Assembly: GCA_963754315.1 (NCBI GenBank)
Contig: CAVWFS010000007.1
Location: 384,001-448,000, forward strand
From: an uncultured Candidatus Rokubacteria bacterium
GTDB lineage: Bacteria > Methylomirabilota > Methylomirabilia > Rokubacteriales > CSP1-6
Length of the DNA stretch: 64,000 bases
Direction of reading: 5' to 3'
Under the pieces are notes generated by a model that was not told the DNA's origin, ran no database searches, and saw only the letters and a program-made list of their open reading frames with translations. Numbering within the stretch: the first letter of the stretch is position 1; every line of letters begins with the position of its first letter. Below are positions 52,275 through 62,065 of the stretch, in pieces. The position numbers and the translations under genes were made by a program.

Positions 52275-55013
52275 ATGAAAACGGACGAGATCCGCGAGCA
52301 CTGTCTCAAGTTTTACGAGGCCCGGGGCCACGCCCGGTACCCGTCGGACTCGCTCGTCCCCTCGAACGACCCGTCGCTCCTCTTCACGTCGGCGGGGATG
52401 GCCCAGTTCAAGGACATGTTCCTCGGCATCGGGAAGCTCCCCCACAAGCGGATCACCACCGTCCAGCGGTGCCTGCGGGTGGGCGACCTCGAGAACGTCG
52501 GCCGCACCGCGCGCCACCACACGTTCTTCGAGATGCTCGGCAACTTCTCGTTCGGCGACTACTTCAAGGCCCACGCGATCCCCTGGTGCTGGGACTTCTA
52601 CACGGGGGACCTCGGCATCCCCGCAGACCGGCTCTGGGCTTCGATCTACGAGAAGGACGACGAGGCCGAGGCGGTCTGGAAGAAGCTCGGGAAGCTGAAG
52701 CACCCGATCGTCAAGATGGGCGAGGCGGACAACTTCTGGCCCGCAAACGCCCCGTCGCAGGGCCCCAACGGCCCGTGCGGGCCCTGCAGCGAGCTCTACT
52801 ACGACTTCGGCCAGGGCCCCTGGTGGTGCGGGAAGTGCACGGAGCCCGGCCACTCCTGCGACCGGTTCGTCGAGATCGGCAACATCGTCTTCACGCAGTA
52901 CGAGCGCCAGGACGGCGGCGTCCTGAAACCCCTTCCCCAGAAGAACATCGACTTCGGCGGTGGCCTCGAACGCGTCGCGGCGATCATGCAGGGCGTCCAC
53001 TCGAATTACGACATCGACATCTTCAAGGCGATCATCGCCCAGGAGACGCGCGTCCTGAAGATCCAGCCCACGCCGGAGAACGGGCGGCGGTTCCGTCGCA
53101 TCGCGGACCACGCGCGCGCCCTCGTCTTCTGCATCGCCGACGGCGTGCGTCCCACCAACGAGGGCCGCGGCTACGTCGTCCGCCGCATCCTGCGCACCGC
53201 CTTCCGCGACGGGTGGAAGCTCCGGCGGACGGCGAACCTGGAGCCGGAGCCGTTCCTCCACAAGCTGGTGGAGATGGTCGCGGACCAGATGCGCGCCGCG
53301 ATGCCGCTCTCGCTGGACCAGCGTCAAGTCGCGACCACGACAATCCAGACGGAGGAGGCGCAATTCCTCAAGACGATCGAGCGGGGCATGGGCGTCGTCG
53401 AGAGCAAGGTGGCCGAGCTCAAGAAAGCGGGAAAAACGCAGCTCGATGGAAAAGCCGGGTTCGATCTCTACCAGAGCCACGGGTTCCCGATCGAGCTGAC
53501 GATCGATGTGCTGGGCGAGTATGGAATGACCGTTGACACGGAGGGCTTCCGGAGAGCCCTTCACGAGGAGCAGGACCGCGCGCGCACGAACGACGCGATC
53601 TTCGATCCCAACAGCCCGCTCACCAAGGTGAAGGAACAGAGGATCAAGACGACCGAGTTCCTCGGCTACGGCATCCGCGTCGCGGACATCGGCAAGCCCG
53701 TCAACGTCAGCATCCTGCGCATCGTGAACCTCGACCCGGAGTCGCTCGCCAAATTCAACGAGTCGAAGAAAGACATGGCGGGGGTCACGCGCCTGATCGG
53801 CAAGGGGACCATCGTGGATTCCGCCGAGGAGGGCGACTGGGTCGCCATCTTGTGCGACAAGACCCCCTTCTACGCGGACGCGGGCGGGCAGATCGGCGAC
53901 GCGGGCCGGATCCGGACCCGCGAGGCGGACGTGGAGATCACGGACACGCGGAAGCCGGACGGCTACTTCTTCCACCTCGGCAAAGTGGTGAAGGGGCCGC
54001 TCCGCCCGGGCCTCGCCACGGGCCTCGTCGACGAGCCGCGGCGGCTGAACATCATGCGCAACCACACCGGGACGCACCTGCTGCACGCGGCCCTGCGCGC
54101 GGTGCTGGGGACCCACGTCACGCAGGCGGGCTCGGTCGTGGAGCCCGACCGCCTCCGCTTCGACTTCCACCACCCGAAGCCGGTGACCTTGGAAGAGCGG
54201 CGGAAGATCGAGGACTGGGTGAACCGGATCATCTTCGAGGACCGCGAGGTGACGAAGATCGAGATGTCGATGGCGGAGGCGAAGGCGAAGGGCGCGCTCA
54301 TGTTCTTCGGCGACAAGTACGGCGACCGCGTGCGCGTCGTGACGGTGGGCGACGCGGAGTCGGTTGAGCTCTGCGGCGGCACGCACCTCGAGCGCGCGGC
54401 GACGATCGGCGCGCTTCGGATCACGAGCGAGAGCGCGATCGGCAGCGGCGTGCGGCGCGTCGAGGCGGTGACCGGCCCCGGGGCGGTCGAGGCGGCGCGC
54501 CAGCAGGAGGACCTCGTCCTCGAGCTGTCGCGGGAGCTCGGCGTCCCCGTCGCGGACCTCCCGCGCCGCATCAAGCAGATCCTCAAGGACGTCCAAGAGC
54601 TGAAGAGCGAAGTCGGGCGGCTGCGCCGGGGCGGCGGCGGCGCGAACGGCGTCGAGGTGCTCATCAACGAGGCGAAGGCGATCGGTGCGGAGAGAGTCAT
54701 CGAGGCCAAGCTCGAGTCCGGCCAGGTGGACGACGCGCGGGCGCTGATGGACGAGTTGACCAAGAAGCGCAGGATCGGCGTGGCGATCCTCGCCGTGCCG
54801 GGCGAGCGTCCAGCATTCGTGATCGGCGTCCGCGAAGATCTCGTGACGTCGAAGGGCTTGAAGGCGGGCGACATTGCGAAGGAAGTCGGCAAGGCGTGCG
54901 GCGGCGGAGGCGGCGGACGCGAGCTGCAGGCCCAAGCCGGCGCCTCGGACGCGTCCAAGATCCAGCTGGGTTTCGACACTTTTGAAGCCGCGGTCCGCCA
55001 GAAACTCGCTTAA
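52275..55013 (+). CDS. alaS: Alanine--tRNA ligase
   Basis: SLLFTSAGM, HHTFFEMLGNFSFGDYFK, GPCGPCSE, NHTGTHLLH, ELCGGTH and GGGGGGR. Confidence 0.98.
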   Translation: MKTDEIREHCLKFYEARGHARYPSDSLVPSNDPSLLFTSAGMAQFKDMFLGIGKLPHKRITTVQRCLRVGDLENVGRTARHHTFFEMLGNFSFGDYFKAHAIPWCWDFYTGDLGIPADRLWASIYEKDDEAEAVWKKLGKLKHPIVKMGEADNFWPANAPSQGPNGPCGPCSELYYDFGQGPWWCGKCTEPGHSCDRFVEIGNIVFTQYERQDGGVLKPLPQKNIDFGGGLERVAAIMQGVHSNYDIDIFKAIIAQETRVLKIQPTPENGRRFRRIADHARALVFCIADGVRPTNEGRGYVVRRILRTAFRDGWKLRRTANLEPEPFLHKLVEMVADQMRAAMPLSLDQRQVATTTIQTEEAQFLKTIERGMGVVESKVAELKKAGKTQLDGKAGFDLYQSHGFPIELTIDVLGEYGMTVDTEGFRRALHEEQDRARTNDAIFDPNSPLTKVKEQRIKTTEFLGYGIRVADIGKPVNVSILRIVNLDPESLAKFNESKKDMAGVTRLIGKGTIVDSAEEGDWVAILCDKTPFYADAGGQIGDAGRIRTREADVEITDTRKPDGYFFHLGKVVKGPLRPGLATGLVDEPRRLNIMRNHTGTHLLHAALRAVLGTHVTQAGSVVEPDRLRFDFHHPKPVTLEERRKIEDWVNRIIFEDREVTKIEMSMAEAKAKGALMFFGDKYGDRVRVVTVGDAESVELCGGTHLERAATIGALRITSESAIGSGVRRVEAVTGPGAVEAARQQEDLVLELSRELGVPVADLPRRIKQILKDVQELKSEVGRLRRGGGGANGVEVLINEAKAIGAERVIEAKLESGQVDDARALMDELTKKRRIGVAILAVPGERPAFVIGVREDLVTSKGLKAGDIAKEVGKACGGGGGGRELQAQAGASDASKIQLGFDTFEAAVRQKLA

Positions 55014-55021
55014 CTGCCACC

Positions 55022-55042
55022 AGATTCCACATTCCGGATTCC
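55022..55042 (+). repeat. Heptamer tandem repeat (NNATTCC) x3
   Basis: AGATTCC ACATTCC GGATTCC just after the alaS stop. Confidence 0.7.
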
Positions 55043-55132
55043 AAGGCGTTCTTTGCTTCCGGGTTAAGATTTCCGCCCGGTCTTGCTTTCCTCACTTCTA
55101 TCTCCTGTACTTCCCGCTTCCGGATAGGGACC

Positions 55133-55270
55133 ATGCCGACCCCGAAAAGGAAACTCACAAACAGCTGGCGAAAGCACCGGCGGTCGCACGACCACATGCA
55201 CGTGCCGAATCTCTTCGTCTGCCCCGCTGCAACCAGCCCAAGCAGTCGCACCGCGTGTGTCTCGTGCGCT
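55133..55270 (+). pseudogene. rpmF: 50S ribosomal protein L32, frameshifted and truncated
   Basis: MPTPKRKLTNSWRKHRRSHD...CP(R)CNQPKQSHRVCL; expected CG.Y tail is missing. Confidence 0.75.
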
Positions 55271-55336
55271 TGGGGGCGGGAACCTGCGTGAGTATCGTTG
55301 CCCTCTACCTCAGCCGCTTCCACTGAGCCCCCCACG

Positions 55337-56551
55337 TCAGCGTCGCGAGAGCAGACACCCGATCGCCGCGAGCTGAACGACCGCCGCCACGCCGAACATC
55401 ACCGGCGTATCGATCGAACGTACGACGCCGAAGGTGCCCGGCGCGAACGCATAGGTCGCTTGCGCGATGGCGACGGCCAGCGACACGATGCGCTGGACGT
55501 CGCCCCGTGCGAATTCCGTCTGCGCGATCATCGGCGGCAGGGACGTCGCGTTGCCGATGCCGACGCCGAACAGACAGACGCCCAGCAGGAGCACCGACGT
55601 GCTCGATCCGTACGCCAGTGCGGCCAGCACCGAGCCAACGGCCTGCACCCCGTAGCTCGCGCAAGCGATGACGCGCCGGTTCGCGCCAGGCGGCATCAGC
55701 CAGCCAACGAGCGTGCGGCCCGCGATGCCGAGGCCGGCCGCGATCCCCATCGCCACGCCGGCGTGGTCCGCGCCGAGCACCGGCACGAGGATCGAGAACA
55801 GGTGCGCGAGCAGCCCGATCTGCGCGAACAGCCCGAGCGCCATGCCGGCGACCAGCGTGAGGAACTTCGCGTGACGCCACAGCGTCCGTCCCGGTAACGG
55901 TAGCGCCGCGCGCGGCGAGGCCGGCGACGACGGGGTGGCCGGCGCATCACCATCCGGCGCTTGACCGATGTCCTCGGGCCGGAGCGAGAACACCGTGCGA
56001 GAAAGGGTCCATATCGTGATCACCATCACGGTTCCCATCGCCGTCGCCGCCGCGACGAAGCCGACGCGCCCGATGAGCGCGACCCACAGCGGCGTGAAGA
56101 CCAGACCGCCGATGCTCGCCCCGTTGTACGCCGTGGCCAGGGCCGCCGGCCGGGCGCGCTCGAACCATGGCGCGACGATCGCGTTGACTGCCGCCGCGCC
56201 CATCGCTACCCAACCGCCGCCGCTGAGGATCGCCGCGGCGAAGAGCTGTAATGGCGTGGCGGCGATGGCCCAGGCGACCACGCCTCCCGCGAGCGTCAGC
56301 ACGCCGGCCGATGTCACGCGGGAGACGCCGAAGCGGCGGTACAGCGCCGGAAGATTCGCGATCACGATCGCGCCGACGAGAAAGTGCACCGTGACGACGC
56401 TTGACACGAGCGGCAACGGCCAGCCAGTCCGTTGGATGACGGTGTGCAGATACACCGGCGGCCCATAAAAGCCGACACCCCACCCGAACACCGCGAGAGC
56501 GAACGCCGACCAGACAACCCGCCAGCCGAAGAACCGTGCCCTGCCCGCCAT
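55337..56551 (-). CDS. MFS transporter
   Basis: FFGWRVV start, about 12 TM helices, WFERARPAAL. Confidence 0.85.
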   Translation of the reverse strand: MAGRARFFGWRVVWSAFALAVFGWGVGFYGPPVYLHTVIQRTGWPLPLVSSVVTVHFLVGAIVIANLPALYRRFGVSRVTSAGVLTLAGGVVAWAIAATPLQLFAAAILSGGGWVAMGAAAVNAIVAPWFERARPAALATAYNGASIGGLVFTPLWVALIGRVGFVAAATAMGTVMVITIWTLSRTVFSLRPEDIGQAPDGDAPATPSSPASPRAALPLPGRTLWRHAKFLTLVAGMALGLFAQIGLLAHLFSILVPVLGADHAGVAMGIAAGLGIAGRTLVGWLMPPGANRRVIACASYGVQAVGSVLAALAYGSSTSVLLLGVCLFGVGIGNATSLPPMIAQTEFARGDVQRIVSLAVAIAQATYAFAPGTFGVVRSIDTPVMFGVAAVVQLAAIGCLLSRR

Positions 56552-56638
56552 AGTGCTACAGCATGGCCGGAGAACCGCCCCCGTCGCTTCGGCGCTCACC
56601 GAAGTGTGCGGGTCCGGCACATGATAGGGTAGAAATGT

Positions 56639-57361
56639 ATGGCTACCGCGTTCCAGATTGCCGAGCTCGCGTCGCACGTAGGCGAGCCGCCACGAGCGGC
56701 GATGCTCGAGGCGCTCATGGACGGCCGGGCGCTCACCGCCAGCGAGCTCGCCCGTGTCGCGGAGATCATGCCACAGACGGCCAGCGCCCACCTCGCCCGG
56801 CTGACCGCGGGCGGTCTGATCCGCGTCGTTCGACAGGGCCGCCACCGGTATCATCGGTTGGCGACGCCTCACGTGGCCCGTCTGCTGGAAGAGGTCATGC
56901 GAATGGCGTCGACGCGCGAGCCGGCGCTGCGCCGCCTCGTCACGGGACCGCGCGACGCCGCTCTCAGAGAGGCGCGCATATGCTTCGATCACCTGGCCGG
57001 GCGTCTGGGCGTCATGATCGCCGATGCCTTGGTCGAGCGCGGCGCCGTCGAGCTCGACGATGACGGTGGGGTGGTGACCGAGCGCGGGGTCGCGTTCCTC
57101 CAGCGCGCCGGCATCACGCTCGTCAACGACGGTGTCCGGTGCGGGGCACGCCCGCTCTGCCGGCCGTGTCTCGATTGGAGCGAGCGGCGGTTCCACATCG
57201 CCGGCAAGCTTGGCGCCGCGATGTGCGGGCGGTTCCTCGAGCAGCGATGGGTGCGCCGTCTCGACGACACGCGTGCCCTCGAAGTGTCCGCGGCCGGCGC
57301 CGCTGGCCTGCGCACGATGCTCGGCGTCGAACGGCTCGGCGCCTGCCGTGAATCTATCTGA
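56639..57361 (+). CDS. ArsR/SmtB family regulator
   Basis: TASELA...QTASAHLARL, QGRHRY, CFDHLAG and CLDWSERR.H. Confidence 0.88.
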   Translation: MATAFQIAELASHVGEPPRAAMLEALMDGRALTASELARVAEIMPQTASAHLARLTAGGLIRVVRQGRHRYHRLATPHVARLLEEVMRMASTREPALRRLVTGPRDAALREARICFDHLAGRLGVMIADALVERGAVELDDDGGVVTERGVAFLQRAGITLVNDGVRCGARPLCRPCLDWSERRFHIAGKLGAAMCGRFLEQRWVRRLDDTRALEVSAAGAAGLRTMLGVERLGACRESI

Positions 57362-57722
57362 GCGCGCCCAGGGTGAGATACATGCCGATCAGGAGCAGCG
57401 CCGCGAAGAAGATCGCTCGAAAAACGCCCACACTGATGCGGCTTGGGACGAGCCGACCGAGCAACATGTCGCCCAACGACGGCATGACGGCGAGCAGCGA
57501 CGCGCCTGCGTGCGCCAGGTCGAACGCATCGACGCGGCGCAGGCCGGCCCTGAGGGTGATCGTCGAAACCGTGAAGGACAGCCCGAGTGCTTGGATCAAC
57601 TCGTTCTTTTGCAGTCCGAGAGACTGAGGATAAGGGACAGATGGGATCGAGAACACGCCGGTCGCACCCGTCGCCAGACCGGTGATCAAGCCGACCATTG
57701 GCGACGGGGTCGGGTCGTGCAT
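57354..57722 (-). pseudogene. TauE/SafE sulfite exporter C-terminal fragment
   Basis: TGATGVF.IP.VPY.Q.L and QALGLSFTVST; N-terminal half absent. Confidence 0.6.
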
Positions 57723-57744
57723 GGCTGCAGCGGGTAGCGTTGGA

Positions 57745-58605
57745 GTGCTTGCGTTCGAGACGGTACGCGGCGTCTCGCCGCTCGGCAGGTGGAGCTACAC
57801 CGTGTGGCGGCCGCCGAAGCTTCAGGGACTGATCGACCATCTCTGGGCGTATGAGGGCCCGAGCTCGCATCGCCGCAAGCGAGTCTTCCCGAACGGCCGC
57901 GTCGAGCTCATCCTCAACTTCGGTGAGCGTTACCGACTGGTCGCGGGCTGCGGGGAAGTGAGCCCGACCACCTGGCTCAGCGGTCCGCAGGTAGGACCAA
58001 TCCTGCTCGAGCAGCCCGCGCACCAGCACGTCCTCGGCGTGCGGCTGCGGCCGGCGGGCGCGCGCGCTGTCGTCGCGCGGCCAATGCGCCACACGACCGG
58101 CCTCTCGTTGGACCTCAGCGACCTCATCGGCCCGGAAGCCGCCGAGCTTCTGGACCGCTGCGCTGAGGCACCCTCGATCGAGCGTCGCTTCCGCGTTGTC
58201 GCCCAGTGGATCGCCAGATGCTTCGGGCGGACGCAGCGTATGGACCGAGCCGTCGCCTGGGCGGTCGCGCAGCTCGACGCGAGCGGTGGCACCACCTCGA
58301 TCGCCACGCTGCGCGAGCGGACGGGGTTCTCGAAGACGCAGCTGGTCGAGGCGTTCCGTGACGAGGTCGGTCTCACGCCGAAGCTGTACGGTCGCATCGT
58401 GCGCTTCCAGCGAGCGCTCCTCCAGCTACAGACCGCGGGACCAGCGCGGCTGACAGACGTGGCGCTCGACGCGCAGTACTACGACCAGGCGCACATGAAC
58501 GCGGACTTCCGTGCCCTGGGCGGCGTCACTCCCCGTGCATTCCTGGCCGCGCGACACCCCGTCGGCGACGGGTCCACGGTCAGCGAGGGCCCTCCAGCCT
58601 CCTGA
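57745..58605 (+). CDS. AraC family regulator (DUF6597-like N-terminus)
   Basis: FPNGRVEL, F..EVGLTPK.Y.RI.RF and YYDQAHM. Confidence 0.88.
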   Translation: MLAFETVRGVSPLGRWSYTVWRPPKLQGLIDHLWAYEGPSSHRRKRVFPNGRVELILNFGERYRLVAGCGEVSPTTWLSGPQVGPILLEQPAHQHVLGVRLRPAGARAVVARPMRHTTGLSLDLSDLIGPEAAELLDRCAEAPSIERRFRVVAQWIARCFGRTQRMDRAVAWAVAQLDASGGTTSIATLRERTGFSKTQLVEAFRDEVGLTPKLYGRIVRFQRALLQLQTAGPARLTDVALDAQYYDQAHMNADFRALGGVTPRAFLAARHPVGDGSTVSEGPPAS

Positions 58606-58649
58606 CTTTTCTCCAAGACGCGGTGGGTCCGGCGGTATAAAACGTCGAT

Positions 58650-59672
58650 ATGGACACACAACTTCCTCCGCCCATGGTGATCTACCAGCTCGCGAGCGCC
58701 CACTACGTCTCGCAGGCACTCTACGTGGCTGCCCACCTCGGGATCGCTGATTTCCTCGCCAGCGGCCCGCAGTCACACGACACGCTCGCGGCCAAGACCG
58801 GGACCCACGCGGGGTCGCTTCGTCGCGTGCTGCGGCTGCTCGCCAGCGTTGGCGTGTTCACCGAGGCCGCCGACGGGCGCTTCGAGCTGACGCCCGTCGG
58901 CTCGGCGCTTCGCAGCGGGCCGGACTCGGCTCGGGCCACGGCGCAGCTGGTCGCCGGTCCCATGGTCTGGCAATGCTGGGGAGAGCTGCTAACCACGGTG
59001 CGCACCGGGGAGCCGGCGTTTCCGCGGATGTTCAAGGGCGGCTCCTTCCAGTACTTCGCCGACCATCCCGAGGAAGCGGCGGTGTTCGACGAGGCGATGG
59101 GCTCGTTCACCGCGGTGATCTCCGGTCTGGTGGCGACCGCCTACGACTTCTCCGCCATGCGCGAGGTGATCGACGTCGGCGGAGGGGATGGCAGGCTGCT
59201 GACGGGAATCCTCCGTGCGTATCCGAGCCTGCAGGGAACGGTCTTCGATCTCCCGCGGCTGGCCGAACGTGCCACGCGGCAGATCGCGGACGCCGGTCTC
59301 GCCGATCGCTATCGGTTCGTCGTCGGCGATTTCTTCGAGGCGATCCCCGAGGGCTTCGACGCGTATCTGCTGAAGCACGTCATTCACGATTGGGATGACG
59401 CGGACGCCGTTCGCATCCTCGAGAACTGTCGGCAGGCGATGGGACCCCAAGCGAAGCTCCTGATCGTCGAGGGAATGTACCCGCCGCGCATCGACAGCTC
59501 GCCACCAAGCCGCGGCGCGGCGGCGAACGACGTCAACATGCTGGTGTGCACGGGCGGCCGCCAGCGCTCCGAGGCCGAGTTTCGCGACCTCTACGCCGCG
59601 GCCGGCTTCCGCTTGACGCGCATCGTCCCGACGAAGGCCGCATGGTGCGTCATCGAAGGGGCGAAGGCCTGA
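58650..59672 (+). CDS. SAM-dependent O-methyltransferase with dimerisation domain
   Basis: IDVGGGDG, FDLP, GDFF and KHVIHDWDD. Confidence 0.92.
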   Translation: MDTQLPPPMVIYQLASAHYVSQALYVAAHLGIADFLASGPQSHDTLAAKTGTHAGSLRRVLRLLASVGVFTEAADGRFELTPVGSALRSGPDSARATAQLVAGPMVWQCWGELLTTVRTGEPAFPRMFKGGSFQYFADHPEEAAVFDEAMGSFTAVISGLVATAYDFSAMREVIDVGGGDGRLLTGILRAYPSLQGTVFDLPRLAERATRQIADAGLADRYRFVVGDFFEAIPEGFDAYLLKHVIHDWDDADAVRILENCRQAMGPQAKLLIVEGMYPPRIDSSPPSRGAAANDVNMLVCTGGRQRSEAEFRDLYAAAGFRLTRIVPTKAAWCVIEGAKA

Positions 59673-59689
59673 CCGGGAAGCCCAGGAAT

Positions 59690-59930
59690 TCGTCGTGGCT
59701 GAAACACCAGTGGCCGCCGCACGATGCCGTCGATCCGCAGCCGCCACTGCCGCGGGTCGACGCGCGCTACGCCCAGATGGGCGAGCACGTGCACGTGGTC
59801 GGTGGGCGCGATGAAGTCTTTGAGTCTCGAGACCGGTCCCCGGCGCTTGAAGGGCGTGGACGGATCCATGTCTACCGCCGGATGATTCTCGGCCTGGCCC
59901 TTCATCAGCTCAAACCAGCAAGGCATCGAC
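59690..59930 (-). pseudogene. 5' fragment of a sulfite-oxidase family gene (paralog of 42296-43306)
   Basis: HVLAHLGVARVDPRQWRLRIDGIVRRPL matches FVLCHLGVPRLDQDRWSLTIDGLVEHP. Confidence 0.6.
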
Positions 59931-60014
59931 GGCGGCGGCGCACGGAATGACCAGATGAGTCCCGAGCGCCGTCATCGGTCGTCACCCATCTTCATGGGAC
60001 TTCCTCGTCGCGGG

Positions 60015-60488
60015 CTACTTCTTCGTCCCGAACATCGCTTGCACGCGCTTCTGCATCTCGTCCGGCGCCACGTCTTCCTGGTGGGTGGCCACCCACCAGA
60101 GGTGCCCGAAGGGATCCTCGAGCTGTCCGGAGCGATCGCCATAGAACTGGTCCATGACGGGCTTGCGCACAGTGGCGCCCGCGCTCACCGCCTTCTTGAA
60201 GAAGGCGTCGACGTCCTCCACATAGAGATGCATGCTCACCGGCGACCCGCCCAGGGCTTCCGGTGCCTTCCCACCGTACTCCGGGAACTCATCCGACAGC
60301 ATGACGATCGAATCGCTCAGGACGATCTCGGCATGGCCCACGCGCCCGTCGGGCATCATCAACCGGTAGCGCTCGATCGCGCCGAACGCTTTCTTGTAGA
60401 ACTGCAACGCCTCGGCCGCGTTCTTGATGGCCAGGTAGGGGGTGACGGTCCGGTGGCCTTCCGGGATCGGCTTCACTTTGTTCGGCAT
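60015..60488 (-). CDS. VOC family protein (PhnB-like)
   Basis: VKPIPEG..TVTPYL and FYGDRSG.LEDPFGH.W. Confidence 0.92.
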   Translation of the reverse strand: MPNKVKPIPEGHRTVTPYLAIKNAAEALQFYKKAFGAIERYRLMMPDGRVGHAEIVLSDSIVMLSDEFPEYGGKAPEALGGSPVSMHLYVEDVDAFFKKAVSAGATVRKPVMDQFYGDRSGQLEDPFGHLWWVATHQEDVAPDEMQKRVQAMFGTKK

Positions 60489-60596
60489 GACGTCGTCCTC
60501 CTCTTCTCTCGCTTCAGGTCTCGAGCACCGTCATCACGTAGAGCAGGTGCCCATAGCGGTCTTCGAAGTAGAATCCGCGGCCGCCGCGGCGGCAGT

Positions 60597-60878
60597 TCAC
60601 GAGGCCGCCCTCCGGCCTGGGCCAGTCGCTCTCGCCCATGTCACTCCGGACTGGACAGTTCCGGGGCGGCGAGGCGAACCGCGTCGATCCGTCAGCGATG
60701 GCCCGCGGACACCTTGCAGGCGACGCCCCATCCGGATGAGCGCCTGGCCCAGTACGATCCGGAGCGGGCGGGAGCGGAGCCACACGACGCGCCCCTGATG
60801 CGACCGCTCGGCCTCCGCTCGAAGCTCGGCGATCCGCTCCCGCGCCAGCATCTCGAGCGCGTACTCGTTCATGTCCAT
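60597..60878 (-). CDS. Small helical protein, MDMNEY-family copy 3
   Basis: MDMNEYALEMLARERIAELRAEAER...RPLRIVLGQALIRMGRRLQG. Confidence 0.6.
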   Translation of the reverse strand: MDMNEYALEMLARERIAELRAEAERSHQGRVVWLRSRPLRIVLGQALIRMGRRLQGVRGPSLTDRRGSPRRPGTVQSGVTWARATGPGRRAAS

Positions 60879-61591
60879 GGCTGCGCCTTCCCCTCTGCCG
60901 TCGGGGGGCCCTGCCGGCTCCCCGCCGCCACCACGGCCTCGACTGGTCGCGGGTTGGTCACGGGCGCACGCTCGCCACATCGCCGCGAAAGCCAGGCCAC
61001 GACGGTCGCCCGTATGGCAGGCCGGAACACGACGCTCAGCAGCGTGACGACGACCGCCACCACGACCGCAGCCAGGAACGCCATGCCCGACCCACCCCCG
61101 TCATGTATGGCACCACCGATCGCGTAGCCCACCCCGATCCACGCACCGGCCCAGATGGCGGCGCTCGTGACCGCTCCGACGACGAAGCGCGTGAGCTTCA
61201 TCCGAGCCGCCCCGGCGAAGGCCGCCGCGACCGGATTCAGCTCGGGCAGGAACCGTGCGCCCACCTGGAACGCCCGGTCGTACGCGAGGAACAGGCGCTG
61301 AGCATGGTCCACGAAGGCCCCGGTCCCGCCCTGAAAACGTCTGAGTGCGGCGAGCGCCCATGCGCCACGCCACCGGCCCAGGCCATACCACGCCAGATCG
61401 GCGCCCAGCGCCGCACCGATGGCAACCGTCGCCACGCCGGCGACGTCCAGGTCACCGCTCGCGGCGAGGGCCCCCACGCCGAGCAACGCAGGCGCCGCGA
61501 AGACGGGCACGCCGGCCTGATTCGCGAGCACGAGCACGAATACGATCTGTTCGGCGTGGTCCACGACTTCGGCTAGCATCTCTCTCTCCAA
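60869..61591 (-). CDS. DedA family protein (no rhodanese domain)
   Basis: NQAGVPV, ADLAWYGLGR and ARFLP. Confidence 0.78.
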   Translation of the reverse strand: MEREMLAEVVDHAEQIVFVLVLANQAGVPVFAAPALLGVGALAASGDLDVAGVATVAIGAALGADLAWYGLGRWRGAWALAALRRFQGGTGAFVDHAQRLFLAYDRAFQVGARFLPELNPVAAAFAGAARMKLTRFVVGAVTSAAIWAGAWIGVGYAIGGAIHDGGGSGMAFLAAVVVAVVVTLLSVVFRPAIRATVVAWLSRRCGERAPVTNPRPVEAVVAAGSRQGPPTAEGKAQPWT

Positions 61592-61599
61592 TCCGGATC

Positions 61600-61900
61600 C
61601 ACCCTAGACTGCTGAGACAGCGGCTGGGGCGAGCCCCACGCGCGTCCGACGGCGAGGCCCCCGCCCAGTTCCTTGGTCTCTACGAAGGGGCCGTCGGTGG
61701 TGAATACCTGGCCGTTCCGGCCCCTCACCGCGGTCGCCATCCGGGCCACGCGGGCCTCGCGGGTTCCCCCGAAGTAGTCGATCACGGCGTCGATCTGGCG
61801 TGGTCGATCCGGCCTGATCATCCCCGCGGCCTCGGTGGTCCCACTCTGCCCACGAACGAGCTTTCGCCATCTGGCCTGCTTCCACGTGTGGCGCATGGTT
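61600..61900 (-). pseudogene. YciI remnant
   Basis: ATAVRGRNGQVFTTDGPFVETKELGG. Confidence 0.55.
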
Positions 61901-62065
61901 CCCTCCTTCCCTCGGGCTGCCTGTGGCACTGCCCGTCTCCTCTCACCTCTACCGTGAGACCCGTGAGCTACTCGTAGCAGCCGGCGTGAAAAAAACTTGC
62001 TCCTGCGGGTCAGTGGCGGGGTCTAAGGGGGCGTGGTATCGTGACTCCGGCAGGGCGCTCACGCG

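Noticed and set aside
52161..54935. 924-aa ORF antisense to alaS, and other long antisense ORFs (e.g. 380-2173, 62894-63949)
   Set aside because: Shadow ORFs of high-GC coding sequence with no recognisable motifs
55337..57196. 619-aa extended MFS ORF
   Set aside because: The extension is the antisense shadow of the divergent ArsR gene; the real start is about 56551
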